Counted from the stretch's first letter, positions 1 through 10,421 are shown. The stretch: 64,000 nt of DNA from an uncultured delta proteobacterium (GCA_963811025.1 CAWEPX010000003.1:115190-179189), one strand, 5' to 3'. The notes: generated by a model not told the origin, from the letters alone. Program-made: numbers and translations.

Positions 1-532
1 CCGCCGCGACCGAGGAAAGGGCGCGGAGAAGAAACGTGGCGGCAGTGAGAAGCCCCTCCCGGGTGATTCCGATCACCGCGGGGAGGAAGAACGGCCCGTA
101 GCGCCAATCCCGCCCCCGGTCGACAAGCGGGACGATGACCGTTCCGTCGAAAAACACGTTGAGCGTGGCGGGAGCCGCCATGAGGAGGGTGAACGCGACC
201 GCGACGAGGAATCCCGCCCCCAGGAACTCCGCCGGGCGGATACGGGAAAGCGTGATGGCCGCCAGGGGGAGTGCGGCGTGGGCGAGCAGCGCGGGGATCG
301 ACCGGGAGAGGCTCACGCTGACCAGGAATATGAGCGTCGCCAGGAGTCTTGCCCTCGGGTCCACCCGTTGCAGGATGCCCGCCCGACGTGCCGTCTCCTC
401 CCGGAACATCGAGCGGGTGAAGAACAGGGACAGATCCCGGAGGGTCTTCTCGACGTGGGTCCTCCCCGGGACAGCTAGACCCCGCGACGCGGCCATCTCC
501 AGAAATCGCTTTTCCCTGGTGGTTTCGTCCAT
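1..532 (-). CDS. cbiQ: ECF transporter transmembrane component CbiQ (5' part; gene runs off window start)
   Basis: Minus-strand translation of 1-532 reads MDETTREKRFLEMAASRGLAV...DPRARLLATLIFLVSVSL...GITREGLL, the typical CbiQ DPRxKLL signature. ATG at 532. Immediately downstream of cbiN. Confidence 0.7.
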   Translation of the reverse strand, partial: MDETTREKRFLEMAASRGLAVPGRTHVEKTLRDLSLFFTRSMFREETARRAGILQRVDPRARLLATLIFLVSVSLSRSIPALLAHAALPLAAITLSRIRPAEFLGAGFLVAVAFTLLMAAPATLNVFFDGTVIVPLVDRGRDWRYGPFFLPAVIGITREGLLTAATFLLRALSSVAA

Positions 533-539
533 CGCCCCC

Positions 540-896
540 TCACGACCGCCTGTCGGCGGGAGGCCGTCCCCGTCGCGTCAGCCAGCGGGCGAGCAGGTAG
601 GCGCCTCCTCCCGAGGCGACGATCCCGAGGAAGGCGGAGAGAAGGTAGAAAACGCCCTGCGTCGGGAGGGGGGCGGTCTTCCGGCCGGGGAGGGCATAGT
701 CGGGCATCGGGGCCTTCCACGTATCCGCCGTGTTCTCCATCCCGGAAGGTGCGTAGCCGATCATCTTCCGGACCTCGTGGATCCCCCATTCGCCCCACGC
801 ACCCCCCGCCTTCATGATCTGCGGGAGATAAAGCCCGATGGGGGTCAGAAACGCCATCAGGCCCAGGGCAACCAGGAGTTTCCGGTATTCTCTCAT
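540..896 (-). CDS. cbiN: small two-TM cobalt/nickel ECF component (CbiN/NikN-like)
   Basis: 118 aa: N-terminal TM, periplasmic loop, C-terminal TM. Its ATG overlaps the cbiM stop (ATGA). Position between cbiM and cbiQ. Confidence 0.6.
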   Translation of the reverse strand: MREYRKLLVALGLMAFLTPIGLYLPQIMKAGGAWGEWGIHEVRKMIGYAPSGMENTADTWKAPMPDYALPGRKTAPLPTQGVFYLLSAFLGIVASGGGAYLLARWLTRRGRPPADRRS

Positions 897-1585
897 CGCG
901 CGGGTCCACTTTCCTGTGAGCCGAGAATCCAGGCGGATTTCGACCGGTGCAGGTACAGGATCACGATCCCCGTGACCAGGGCCTCGACCGCACCGATGAA
1001 GGTCATGTGCTGGATCATCATGACGGGAATGGCCACGGAGAGGGGATAGGGAGAGTAGAGGGCCCGCCCGTCCGGGGCCGTGTGCAGCAGGGGCTGAATC
1101 CCGAACATGACCGCCGTGGTGAATGCCGCCGCATTGATCCCGATGTATCCTGCCGCCCCGGCAGCCAGGGCTTTTCCCCTCTCGGAGGAGACCATGCGGG
1201 AGAGAAGACGGTACGTGTAATACCCCGTGAACGGCATCACGAAGGCGATGTTCAGGCAGTTCGCGCCGATCGCCGTCACCCCCCCGTCGCCGAAGAGAAG
1301 CGCCTGGATGGCGAGAGCGATGCTGATGGAGAGCATTGCTCCCCAGGGGCCCACGGCGATCGCGATCAGGACGCCCCCCACCGCGTGCCCCGTGCTTCCA
1401 CCCGGAAGGGGCACGTTGAACATCATCAGGAGGAAGGAGAAGGCTGCGGAGATGGCGAGGAGGGGAGCCCGCCGCGTGTCGAGGCTTTCCCGGACCTTCC
1501 GGGCCGCAATCCCCCAGAGAGGGACGCAGGCCGCGTATGCCGCGACGTACGTCGGGGGGCCCAGATACCCGTCGGGGATGTGCAT
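893..1585 (-). CDS. cbiM: cobalt/nickel ECF substrate-capture subunit CbiM (core from MHIPDGYL; in-frame upstream extension to 1807)
   Basis: MHIPDGYLGP... N-terminus and multi-TM body typical of CbiM/NikM. AGGAGA RBS upstream of the ATG at 1585. No stop separates it from an upstream MKL... start at 1807. Confidence 0.85.
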   Translation of the reverse strand: MHIPDGYLGPPTYVAAYAACVPLWGIAARKVRESLDTRRAPLLAISAAFSFLLMMFNVPLPGGSTGHAVGGVLIAIAVGPWGAMLSISIALAIQALLFGDGGVTAIGANCLNIAFVMPFTGYYTYRLLSRMVSSERGKALAAGAAGYIGINAAAFTTAVMFGIQPLLHTAPDGRALYSPYPLSVAIPVMMIQHMTFIGAVEALVTGIVILYLHRSKSAWILGSQESGPAR

Positions 1586-1921
1586 CGGTTCCGCTGTCTC
1601 CTGTCGAGTTTCCTTGTCCACACCGGGGAATCCGGTGGATTTGTCGTCTGTTACTGTCCCAGTTTTTCGGGTAAAGGGAAATTCCCGGCCGCAATACGGG
1701 CAGATGACGGTGTCGCCGGGCTTCCAGGCCCGCACTTCCTTCTGGGAGGCGCACGCCGGCAACAGGAGAAGGAGGGTGAGCAGGACGGTGAGAATTCGGA
1801 GCTTCATGGAGGTCTCCTTGCAGGGAGATTCCGGATGTCCGCGCAACTCTTGCGGGGTCGGCATAATCTCCATACTATAATGACCCGGCGCGCGACGCAA
1901 AGCGGCCGGGGAGGATGTCCG

Positions 1922-2719
1922 ATGGAAAACCGGGAATGGCTGGAATTCGCCGAGGACGTGGCACGGGGAGCGGGGAAGATCCTCCGGAAGAGCTACGGGA
2001 AGCGGCAGTCCATCCATTACAAAGGGGAGATCAACCTCGTGACGGACGTGGACCGGCAGTCCGAGGCCTACATCTTCGAGCGGATCCGGTCCGCCTTTCC
2101 GGACCACGGGATCCTTTCCGAGGAGAGTTCGGAGCACGTGTCCCCCTCGCCGTACCGATGGGTCATCGACCCCCTCGATGGCACGACCAATTATGCCCAC
2201 AATTACCCGTGCTTCTGTGTTTCCGTCGCGCTGGAACGGGACGGCAGGCTTCTTGCGGGTGCCGTGTTCGATCCGCTCCTGTCCGAATCGTTCACCGCTT
2301 CACCGGGGAACGGAGCCTTCCGAAACGGGGAGCGGATTGCGGTGTCCGGGGTGGACGACCTGCGCCGGTCCCTTCTTGCCACCGGGTTTGCCTACGACGT
2401 GAAGCAGGCGACCGACAACAATCTCGATTTGTTCCGGGAGTTCGTATTTACCGGGCAGGCGATCCGGCGCGACGGGTCGGCTGCCCTCGACATGTGTTAC
2501 CTCGCCTGCGGGAGGTTCGACGGGTTCTGGGAGCTGAAGCTCTCGCCCTGGGACACGGCCGCCGGGCTTCTCATCCTCAGGGAGGCGGGAGGGGTGGTGA
2601 CGCGTCTTGACGGTTCCCCGTACGATATCCACCAGCCCGACATCCTTGCCTCGAACGGCCACATCCATCAGCAGATGATGGCGGTGCTTCGCCGGGTTTT
2701 GGAGAAGGACGACCCATGA
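1922..2719 (+). CDS. suhB: inositol monophosphatase family protein (SuhB-like)
   Basis: 265 aa with DPLDGTTNY and WDxAAG motifs of the IMPase family. ATG at 1922. Confidence 0.85.
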   Translation: MENREWLEFAEDVARGAGKILRKSYGKRQSIHYKGEINLVTDVDRQSEAYIFERIRSAFPDHGILSEESSEHVSPSPYRWVIDPLDGTTNYAHNYPCFCVSVALERDGRLLAGAVFDPLLSESFTASPGNGAFRNGERIAVSGVDDLRRSLLATGFAYDVKQATDNNLDLFREFVFTGQAIRRDGSAALDMCYLACGRFDGFWELKLSPWDTAAGLLILREAGGVVTRLDGSPYDIHQPDILASNGHIHQQMMAVLRRVLEKDDP

Positions 2720-2795
2720 GCAACGGGGGGGCGCCTCCCGGCGGGAACGTCCCGCGGAAGCGGCCCCCCTCGGATGGAATTCCCCGGAACGGGAC

Positions 2796-3308
2796 CTACT
2801 TCTTCACGCCCTCCAGCAGTTTCACCGAGAACTTGTCGTGCTGAAACGGGTGGACATCCGGGAATTTCGCAAAGAGCCACCCCTTGAACACCTGCTTTCC
2901 CTTCTCCTGGATCTCGATGTTGCAGGCCGGATTCGACAAATCGTTGGAGGCGGATGTAATCTGGTCGGCCGTCATCGAGAAGTGAGGGAGGAAGTCGCCG
3001 GTCTTTACGACCAGGTCGGTATCCGGGATCGGGAACTCGGAGTTCAGGGGGATGGTGAACTCTTTCCGGGTCTTCGATTCCTTGAACTCCACCTCGATCT
3101 TCACGGCCTTCCACGCCGTCTTGACTTCCTCGGGGACGACAACCGTCTTTTCCGGCCCTCCCCCCATCGGTCCGTGCGGGGCTCCCGGCTGCCCAGGGAC
3201 TCCTTCCTGCATCGGCGAGGGAACCGGTGTTTGCTCTTTCTTCTGGCAGGAGGCTCCCGCGAAGGCAATCATCAGGAGCGCTGCGAACATCAGGGATATT
3301 CTCTTCAT
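2796..3308 (-). CDS. hypothetical lipoprotein
   Basis: MKRISLMFAALLMIAFAGASC lipobox signal. GGAGG RBS. 170 aa. Confidence 0.6.
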   Translation of the reverse strand: MKRISLMFAALLMIAFAGASCQKKEQTPVPSPMQEGVPGQPGAPHGPMGGGPEKTVVVPEEVKTAWKAVKIEVEFKESKTRKEFTIPLNSEFPIPDTDLVVKTGDFLPHFSMTADQITSASNDLSNPACNIEIQEKGKQVFKGWLFAKFPDVHPFQHDKFSVKLLEGVKK

Positions 3309-3384
3309 GGTTCCTCGTACCTCCTCGTTTATCGTGCCCCTCCAGGGGACAGATGTTGGTTTTTTCAAGGACTTGGCGCCTCGG

Positions 3385-3410
3385 GGCGGCGGCTCCGGTT
3401 CGAATCCCCG
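3385..3410. repeat. 26-bp repeat GGCGGCGGCTCCGGTTCGAATCCCCG (copy 1), tRNA T-arm-like fragment
   Basis: Identical 26-mer also at 3613-3638. Each copy lies just 3' of a tRNA-Ser gene but in inverted orientation. It does not fold as a complete tRNA. Confidence 0.6.
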
Positions 3411-3472
3411 CCATTGATGGTGGGGGACACTCCTGAGACGATCAACGATAACAGCCAGGAATGTCCCCCATG

Positions 3473-3566
3473 TGGCGGAGAGGGAGGGATTCGAACCCTC
3501 GAGGCGGGGATTAGCCACCTACGCGATTTCCAGTCGCGTTCCTTCGGCCAGCTCGGACACCTCTCC
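3473..3566 (-). tRNA. tRNA-Ser (anticodon GGA), long variable arm, CCA encoded
   Basis: Cloverleaf derived by hand: acceptor GGAGAGG/CCUCUCC, T-arm GAGGGUUCGAAUCCCUC, anticodon loop CUGGAAA. 94 nt. Confidence 0.9.
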
Positions 3567-3612
3567 GTACAACCCCGGTTCTCTTCGGCGGCACCGGCAA
3601 CTACCGGGAATC

Positions 3613-3638
3613 GGCGGCGGCTCCGGTTCGAATCCCCG
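3613..3638. repeat. 26-bp repeat copy 2, followed by CCGGATCTCCGG hairpin
   Basis: Exact match to 3385-3410. Confidence 0.6.
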
Positions 3639-3659
3639 GATCTCCGGCAATCGAAAAAC

Positions 3660-3753
<94 letters not shown>

Positions 3754-3816
3754 AAACCATCGGGGACGTTCCCGGTTCCCATTCGAGATGTGGAAGAGGA
3801 GTGTCCCCGCTCATCC

Positions 3817-3904
3817 TGGCGGAGGGAGTAGGATTCGAACCTACGGAAGCTCGCGCTTCAGCGGTTTTCAAGACCGCTGCCTTAAGCCACTCGGCCATCC
3901 CTCC
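3817..3904 (-). tRNA. tRNA-Ser (anticodon UGA), CCA encoded
   Basis: Acceptor GGAGGGA/UCCCUCC, T-arm GUAGGUUCGAAUCCUAC, anticodon loop CUUGAAA. 88 nt. Confidence 0.9.
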
Positions 3905-4036
3905 GTAACCTTACTCTTATAGCAAGCCCGTCCCGCGAGCGCCACCAAAAACGGGCGAAAATTGGAAAACCCCCGGGGGTATGGTACAAGGAGGAAAACC
4001 GGCTGTGGAAACCCCGTACGGAAAGGATCTACCCCC

Positions 4037-5131
4037 ATGAAGTTCGTCGATCTGCAGAGCCAGTTCGCGGCCTACGAGCCCGAGATCCGCAGGGAGATCG
4101 AGGACGTCCTGCGGGGCGCGCAGTTCATCATGGGCCCCAAGGGGAGCGAACTGGAGGGGAAGCTCGCGGCCCACGTGGGGGCGACGCACGCGATCGGTTG
4201 CTCCTCCGGGACCGACGCTTTGCTCCTGACCCTCATGGCTTACGGGGTCGGGGCGGGGGACGAGATCGTGACTACCCCCTTTAGTTTTATCGCCACGGCC
4301 GAGGTGGTCTCCCTCGTCGGCGCCACGCCGGTTTTCATCGACATCGATCCGAAGACGTACAACATCGATACGGCCAGGATCGAGGACGCGCTCACGAAAA
4401 ATACCCGCGGGATCATCGCGGTCAGCCTGTACGGGCAGTGCCCGGAAATGGAGACGATCCTTTCGGTCGGCGGGGAATACGGAAAGTTCGTCATCGAGGA
4501 CGGCGCCCAGTCGTTCGGGGCGGAGCGGAACGGCCGCCGCTCGTGCGGCTGGCCGCACGTGGGGACGACCTCCTTCTTTCCCTCCAAGCCGCTCGGCTGC
4601 TACGGAGACGGCGGGATGGTGTTCACGTCCGACGACAAGGTGGCCGACCGCGTCCGGGGATTGCGAAACCACGGACAATGGGAGCGTTACCAGCACCGGG
4701 CCATCGGGATCAACGGCCGGCTCGACGACCTGCAGGCGGCGATCCTGCTCGGAAAGTTCCCTCGCTTTCCCGACGAGGTGAGCGTCCGCAATTACATGGG
4801 GCAGCGCTATTCCGACCGGCTGGGGGATCTCGTCGGCGTTCCCGTCACGAGCCCCGGGAATACCCACGTCTTCGCGCAATACACCATCCGCACGCCGAGG
4901 AGGGACGACCTCGCAGCCCACCTGCGCGAAAACGGGATTCCCACGGCGGTGCATTACCCGATCCCGCTCCATTTGCAGGAGGCGTTCCGGGGACTGGGAT
5001 ACGGCAAGGGGGATTTCCCGGAAAGCGAGGCGGCGGCGCGCGAGGTGATTTCGCTTCCCATGTCCGCCTTTCTCTCCGAGGCGGATCAGGACGAGGTGAT
5101 CCGGCAGGTAAGAAGGTTTTTCGGGAAATAG
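4037..5131 (+). CDS. DegT/DnrJ/EryC1/StrS-family PLP-dependent sugar aminotransferase
   Basis: 364 aa; MKFVDLQSQF... and the conserved Lys region (FFPSKPLGCYGDGG) match this family. ATG at 4037 with an AAGGA RBS. Confidence 0.85.
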   Translation: MKFVDLQSQFAAYEPEIRREIEDVLRGAQFIMGPKGSELEGKLAAHVGATHAIGCSSGTDALLLTLMAYGVGAGDEIVTTPFSFIATAEVVSLVGATPVFIDIDPKTYNIDTARIEDALTKNTRGIIAVSLYGQCPEMETILSVGGEYGKFVIEDGAQSFGAERNGRRSCGWPHVGTTSFFPSKPLGCYGDGGMVFTSDDKVADRVRGLRNHGQWERYQHRAIGINGRLDDLQAAILLGKFPRFPDEVSVRNYMGQRYSDRLGDLVGVPVTSPGNTHVFAQYTIRTPRRDDLAAHLRENGIPTAVHYPIPLHLQEAFRGLGYGKGDFPESEAAAREVISLPMSAFLSEADQDEVIRQVRRFFGK

Positions 5132-5177
5132 CATGGGCGGGGAAACTCCTCCAACCGTACTACCGACAACCTCGAGG

Positions 5178-6291
5178 AATGTCCCCGGCTAAGTCCAGAC
5201 GCTACCCCGGCGAATCTCCATCTGATATTCTTCAAGTCGTGCATTCCTTTCCCTGGAGCAGAACCGGCGCGCTCCTCGTCAGGGCGGTCAACTGGCTGGG
5301 CGACGCGGTACTGACGACGCCCGCCCTCGGGGCGCTGCGTCTGGCATGCCCGCAGGCACGGATCACGGTCGCCGCCAAGCCTCGCGTCGCCGAACTCCTG
5401 CGGCACCACCCGGACATCGACGCGATCGAGGTATACGACAAGGACGGACGACACGCCGGGGCTTTCGGCATGCTCCGGAAGGCGAGGGAGCTGCGAAGGG
5501 GAGAATACGACGCCGCCCTCCTGCTTCAGAACGCCGTTGACGCCGCGCTCCTCGCTTTTCTGGCCGGCATACCGGAACGGATGGGGTATGCGACGGACGG
5601 GAGACGTCTCCTGCTCTCCCGGCCCGTCCCGGTGACGGACGAGGTTCTTTCCCTGCATCATGCGGAATATTACCTGCGGCTCCTCGCGGAGCTCGGCGTG
5701 CCCCCCGCTCCTTCCCCGCGGATGTCCCTGCGGGTGACGGAGGAGGAGATGGCGGCGATGCGGTCGCGGCTCGCCGCGCTGGGCGTACCGGAGGGGAAAC
5801 GGATCCTCGGGATCAATCCGGGAGCGACCTTCGGTTCGGCGAAGCGCTGGTTCCCGGACCGGTTCGCGGAGGTTGCCGAGGCGCTGTCGGAGGAATGGGA
5901 CGTTGCCGTTGTCCTGATGGGGTCGGTCCCCGAGGCCCCCCTGTCGATGGAGATCGAGACGGCGATGAGGCGCAAGCCCGTGAACCTGGCCGGACGAACC
6001 ACCGTACGGGAACTGATGTCCCTGCTTGCCTCCTGCGCGTTCCTGGTGACGAACGACTCCGGGCCTATGCACATCGGAGCGGCGCTGGGCGTGCCGGTCG
6101 CCGCGATCTTCGGCCCCACGGACTGGAAAAAGACCGCGCCGTGGACCCAAAAGGCGCGGGTCGTCCAGGTGGACGTCGACTGCTCCCCCTGCCACTTGAG
6201 GGAGTGCAACCGGGGGCACGAGTGCATGCTGGGAGTCACCGCGGAGATGGTCGTGACCGCCGCGCGCGAACTCCTGGCGGAGGCCCGGTGA
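5178..6291 (+). CDS. waaF: ADP-heptose:LPS heptosyltransferase (GT9, WaaF-like)
   Basis: ALLVRAVNWLGDAVLTTPAL N-terminus and C-terminal DSGPMHIGAALGVPVAAIFGPT motif of GT9. Start uncertain: ATG 5178 or GTG 5238. Confidence 0.8.
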
Positions 6292-6292
6292 C

Positions 6293-7375
6293 ATGGACCC
6301 GTCGGGGCCGCGGGCGATCCTCGTGGTGAAACTCTCCGCCCTGGGGGACGTGGCGCACGCTCTTCCCGTCGTCGGTTATCTCGGGAAGGCAGCCCCCGGC
6401 GCGCAGGTCGACTGGGTGGTGGACCGCCGGTTCGCGGGGCTTCTCGAGGGGAATCCGGGCCTGCGCCGCGTGATCCCCCTGGACCTCGGTGCGTGGAAAA
6501 AGGAGTGGGCGGCGGGGAGCTCCCGCCGCGAGGCGGCGAATGCCGTCCGGCTTCTGCGGGAAGGCGGGTATGATGCCGCGTTCGACATCCAGGGAAATAT
6601 CAAGAGCGGGGTGGTGACCCGGTTGTCGGGAGCAGGGCTTCGTTTCGGGTTCGACAGGAGCGGGGTGCGCGAATCCCCGAACCTGCTCTTTACGAACCGG
6701 CACGTGCGTTCTCGACCGGAAGATGTGCACGTGACGCAGAAGATCCTTCGCGTGGTGAACGCTCCCTTCGGGGGGGAGATCCCCTCGTGGTGGACCGTCC
6801 CGGGCATCGTCACCTCCGAAGCTGCCGACAATGAGGCGGCGCGGCTTCTCGGGGAACTGTTGCCGGATAGGAATCCCCGGCTGGCCATCCACGCAGGGAC
6901 AACCTGGAACACCAAGAAGATGGATCCCGATTTCTGGGCGGGAGTCGCCCGTCTCCTTCGGGAGCGGTTTCCCCGGGTCGGCGTATTCCTTTCCTGGGGG
7001 ACGGAGGGGGAAAGGGAGGAGGCGGAGGTGATCCGTCGGTTGGCGGGGGGGGCGACCCGCGTGCTTCCCCGCCTGGCATTGCGGCAGCTGGCGGCACTTT
7101 ACAAGGTCTGCGGATACATGCTCGGCCCCGACACCGGTCCCCTCCACATCGCGGCGGCGGCGGGAGCGCGGACGGTGTCCATCTTCCGCGGGAGCGACGG
7201 GAAGTATGCGGCACCTCGGGGGCCCGGACACCGGTTCCTCCAGGCTCCGCTTCCCTGCACGGCATGCCAGATCAAGGGGGACAAGGTGTGCGAGCGGGAC
7301 GCCGAATGCCGGAAGAGCATCCCGCCGGAGGCCGCCGCAGGGGCGATGGTCGGGCTCATGGAAGGTGTTACGTGA
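6293..7375 (+). CDS. ADP-heptose:LPS heptosyltransferase (GT9, WaaC-like)
   Basis: AILVVKLSALGDVAHALPVV ... GPDTGPLHIAAAAGARTVSIF. The ATG at 6293 is 1 nt after the waaF stop. Confidence 0.8.
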   Translation: MDPSGPRAILVVKLSALGDVAHALPVVGYLGKAAPGAQVDWVVDRRFAGLLEGNPGLRRVIPLDLGAWKKEWAAGSSRREAANAVRLLREGGYDAAFDIQGNIKSGVVTRLSGAGLRFGFDRSGVRESPNLLFTNRHVRSRPEDVHVTQKILRVVNAPFGGEIPSWWTVPGIVTSEAADNEAARLLGELLPDRNPRLAIHAGTTWNTKKMDPDFWAGVARLLRERFPRVGVFLSWGTEGEREEAEVIRRLAGGATRVLPRLALRQLAALYKVCGYMLGPDTGPLHIAAAAGARTVSIFRGSDGKYAAPRGPGHRFLQAPLPCTACQIKGDKVCERDAECRKSIPPEAAAGAMVGLMEGVT

Positions 7376-8121
7376 AAGGGGTGAGCGCGATCCTCATCAC
7401 GCGGAACGAGGAGCGCAACGTGGCCGATTGCCTCGCCTCCCTGGTCTTTGCGGACGAAATCATCGTCGTCGATTCGGGGAGCACGGACGGGACGCAGGAG
7501 ATCTGCCGGAGGGACCCGCGCGTGCGGTGGCACACCGAGGAGTGGAAAGGGTTCGGCCCCCAGAAAAACAGCGCCCTCGAGAAGGCGGCGGGACCCTGGA
7601 TCTTCAGCATCGACGCCGACGAACGCGTGTCGGACGAACTGGCCCGGGAAGTCACCGGGCTCGATCTGCCTTCTCTTTCCGTCGACGGTTTTCGCATTCC
7701 GAGGAAGAGCTATTTCGGGGACACCTGGGTGCGGCACGGGGGATGGTATCCGGACTATGTGATCCGTCTATGGCGCAAGGACAGGGGGAGATTCAACGAC
7801 CGGACGGTGCACGAATCCGTTCGCCTCCCCGGCCCCGTGGGGACGCTTCGGGGGGACCTCGTTCACTTCACCTACCGGGACACAGCGGACTTCCTGGAGC
7901 GGATGAGCCGATACGCGGCTCTCGGCGCGGAGGAACTGCGGAGGGAAGGGGTCCGCGGGACGCTCACCGACCTCTGGCTCCGTCCGCCGTTCACATTCGT
8001 TAAAATGTACGTTCTCAAGCGGGGGTTCCTGGACGGCGCGCTGGGTTTTCGCCTCGCGTTGCTCTACGCCCGGTACACCTACGCCAAATACGCGAAACTG
8101 AGGGCGCTTCATGGGGGGTAG
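7372..8121 (+). CDS. family 2 glycosyltransferase (LPS core, WaaE/KdtX-like)
   Basis: VSAILITRNEERNVADCLASL...DADE GT2 signature. Probable GTG start at 7372 overlapping the upstream stop (GTGA). Confidence 0.75.
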   Translation: MKGVSAILITRNEERNVADCLASLVFADEIIVVDSGSTDGTQEICRRDPRVRWHTEEWKGFGPQKNSALEKAAGPWIFSIDADERVSDELAREVTGLDLPSLSVDGFRIPRKSYFGDTWVRHGGWYPDYVIRLWRKDRGRFNDRTVHESVRLPGPVGTLRGDLVHFTYRDTADFLERMSRYAALGAEELRREGVRGTLTDLWLRPPFTFVKMYVLKRGFLDGALGFRLALLYARYTYAKYAKLRALHGG

Positions 8122-9240
8122 TCTCCGGGGGCGGGATGTCCGATCGATCGTGGTGTTCAAGCAGCGCCACATCGGGGACGTCCTTCTGTCCACGCCGGTC
8201 TTTCGCGCCCTGCGGGTATCGTTTCCGGGCGCGAGCACGGCGGCGGTGGTGAACGAAGGGACGGAGGCGATGCTGTCCGGGAATCCGGACATCGACCGGA
8301 TCGTGGTTTTCCGCCGATCCCGGAGGGACGCGGGAGGGATGGTACGCGGGAAGGAGGAACTGTCCTTCCTTCGGGCGATCCGTGCCTGCCGCCCCGATCT
8401 GGCCGTCCAGCTTACGGAAGGGGACCGGGGGGCGATCCTGTCCTTCCTGTCAGGCGCACGATTTCGTCTGGGAGTGGCTCCCGCGCAAGCCGGGGGATGT
8501 TCGGCAAGGAGCGTCTGTTTACCCATCTGTGCCCGCCGCCGGACCGGTATCGGCACGCGGTGCTCCGGGACCTGGAGATTCTGGCGGAAGCGGGGATCCC
8601 CCCGGCCGATCCCTCCCTGCGGTTTTTCTTCTCCCCCGGGGACCGGGAAAGTCTCGAGCGGAAACTGCACCGGGCGGGAGTTTCCGGGGGTATGCCGTAC
8701 GCGATCATCCATCCTACCTCCCGCTGGAAGTTCAAATGCTGGACGGACGAGGGGATGGCCGGGATCATTGCCCATCTGTCCCGGAAAGGGATCGTCCCGG
8801 TGGTGACTTCGGGGCCCGATCCTGCCGAGGTCGCCCAGGCGGACCGTATCGCAGCCCTATCGGGGGCTGATTGCGCCTCGCTCGCCGGCTTCCTGACTCT
8901 CAAGGAGCTGGGGGCGGCGATCGCATCGGCCCGTCTCTTCGTCGGAGTGGACTCCGCGCCGATGCACCTCGCGGCGGCGGTGGGGACACCGGCGGTCGCC
9001 CTCTTCGGTCCGACGGGGGCCTACAACTGGGCCCCGTGGGAGGGGATCGACTGGGGATACACGGCGGACAGGCCGGCGGGGACGCGGCAGGTGGGACGCC
9101 ACATCGTCGTGCAGAAGGAAGGGGATCTCCTGCGGCGGGGGAAGGACGAAGGCAGGCGCAACCCCGGCATGGAGGAGATCACGTTGGCGGAGGTGGCGGA
9201 GGCGGTCGACCGCGTTCTTCTCACGGGGGCGGGGCGGTAG
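8111..9240 (+). pseudogene. GT9 heptosyltransferase (WaaQ-like) interrupted by one frameshift near the G5 run at 8492-8496
   Basis: The N-terminal GT9 half (8111 frame, ...IVVFKQRHIGDVLLSTPVF...) and C-terminal half (8497 frame, ...VGVDSAPMHLAAAVGTPAVALFGPT) lie in different frames. They join at ccgggggatg. Confidence 0.65.
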
Positions 9241-9241
9241 C

Positions 9242-10350
9242 GTGTGGTCGATCGTCCACACCGAGTGGTCGGACGGGTTCGGCGGCCAGGAGCACCGGAT
9301 CCTGCTGGAGTGCGGGGAGATGGTGCGAAGGGGGCACCGAGGCCCACATCGCCTGCCGCCCGGAGGCGGCCCTTTTTTCGAAAGCGAAGGAGGCCGGGAT
9401 CCCGGTGCATACCGGTGCCGATCCGCTCTTCCGCCGACCCCGCCGCGATCCGAGGTCTGTTCTCCCTCTTTCGTAGGGAGAGGGTGCAAGTCGTCAACAC
9501 GCACAGCGGCAAGGATTCGTGGGTGGGTTCGATGGCCGCGAAGATCGCCGGGGTTCCGCTGCTGATCCGGACACGCCACATCTCGGTTCCGATCCGCAGG
9601 CACGCATTCAACATGGTCTACCGGTGGCCGGACGGGTACGTCACCACCGGGGAGATGATCCGCGATCATTTCCTTGCGGAGGGAATCCCGGCCGACCGGG
9701 TGGTCTCCATACCCACCGGTGTCGACCCGAAGAGGTTTTCGCCGACGGTCGACGGAAGTCGAATCCGGCAGGAGTTCGGCATCGCGCGGGATACTTTCCT
9801 CGTCTCGATGGTCGGGGTGTTGCGAAGCTGGAAGCGGCACGACCTCTTCCTTACGGCGGTCGGCCATCTCAAGGAACGGGGACTGTCGGTGCGCGCTCTC
9901 GTGGCGGGGGAGGGACCGCAGCGGGAGAATATTTCCACGGCGATCCGGGAACGGGACCTCACGGATTCGGTTACGATGACCGGGTACCGGGAGGATGTGC
10001 CGGAGATCCTCGCCGCGTCGAACGTGCTGGTGCTCCCCTCGGACCGGTTCGAGGGGGTCCCCCAGGTGATCCTCCAGGCCCTGGCGATGGAGCGGCCGGT
10101 GGTCGCCTCCCCCGTAGGAGGGATCCCGGAGGTGGTGCACCCGGGGGAAACCGGGCTTCTTTGCCCGACCGGGGATGCGGCCGCCTGTGCGGAAGCCCTG
10201 GCGCGCCTTGCCGGGGACCCGGCTCTGCGGGAGCGGCTGGGGAAGGCAGGACGGGATCTTGTCCTCTCCGGCTATACGACTGCCGCCATGTGCGATCGGA
10301 CGGAGGCGTTCTACGCTGTCCTGGCGTCCGGTAAGGGAATTGCCGCATGA
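9242..10350 (+). pseudogene. GT4 (group 1) glycosyltransferase with two N-terminal frameshifts (~9345 and ~9410)
   Basis: The N-terminus is spread over three frames: VWSIVHTEWSDGFGGQEHRILLECGEMVRRGH / EAHIACRPEAALFSKAKEAGIPVHT / ...VVNTHSGKDSW. The remaining 300 aa form an intact GT4 (EGVPQVILQALAMERPVVAS). One shift is an extra C in cacc. Confidence 0.65.
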
Positions 10351-10421
10351 TGGATTGGAGTCCCGGGTCATCGGGTTTGCGGGGACCGTTGCGAAGATCG
10401 GCCGACAGGGGGTGGCTTTAG

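Noticed and set aside
135-1049. 304-aa plus-strand ORF (plus 278-478 and 475-909) overlapping cbiQ/cbiN/cbiM
   Set aside because: Arg/Ala-rich and low complexity. It lies antisense to clearly conserved cbiQ, cbiN and cbiM coding sequence. It is a typical high-GC shadow ORF.
1808-1921. Cobalamin or NiCo riboswitch upstream of cbiM
   Set aside because: No B12-box or other recognisable conserved core seen by eye. Only a CGGACATCC direct repeat and a short hairpin. A covariance-model scan would be needed to claim more.
3385-3410. Possible extra plus-strand tRNA suggested by GGTTCGAATCC
   Set aside because: No acceptor, D or anticodon arms can be formed. It is only a T-arm-like fragment, kept as a repeat.
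3385-3638. CRISPR-like reading of the two identical 26-bp repeats
   Set aside because: Only two copies, about 200 bp apart, embedded between tRNA genes. No array and no cas genes.
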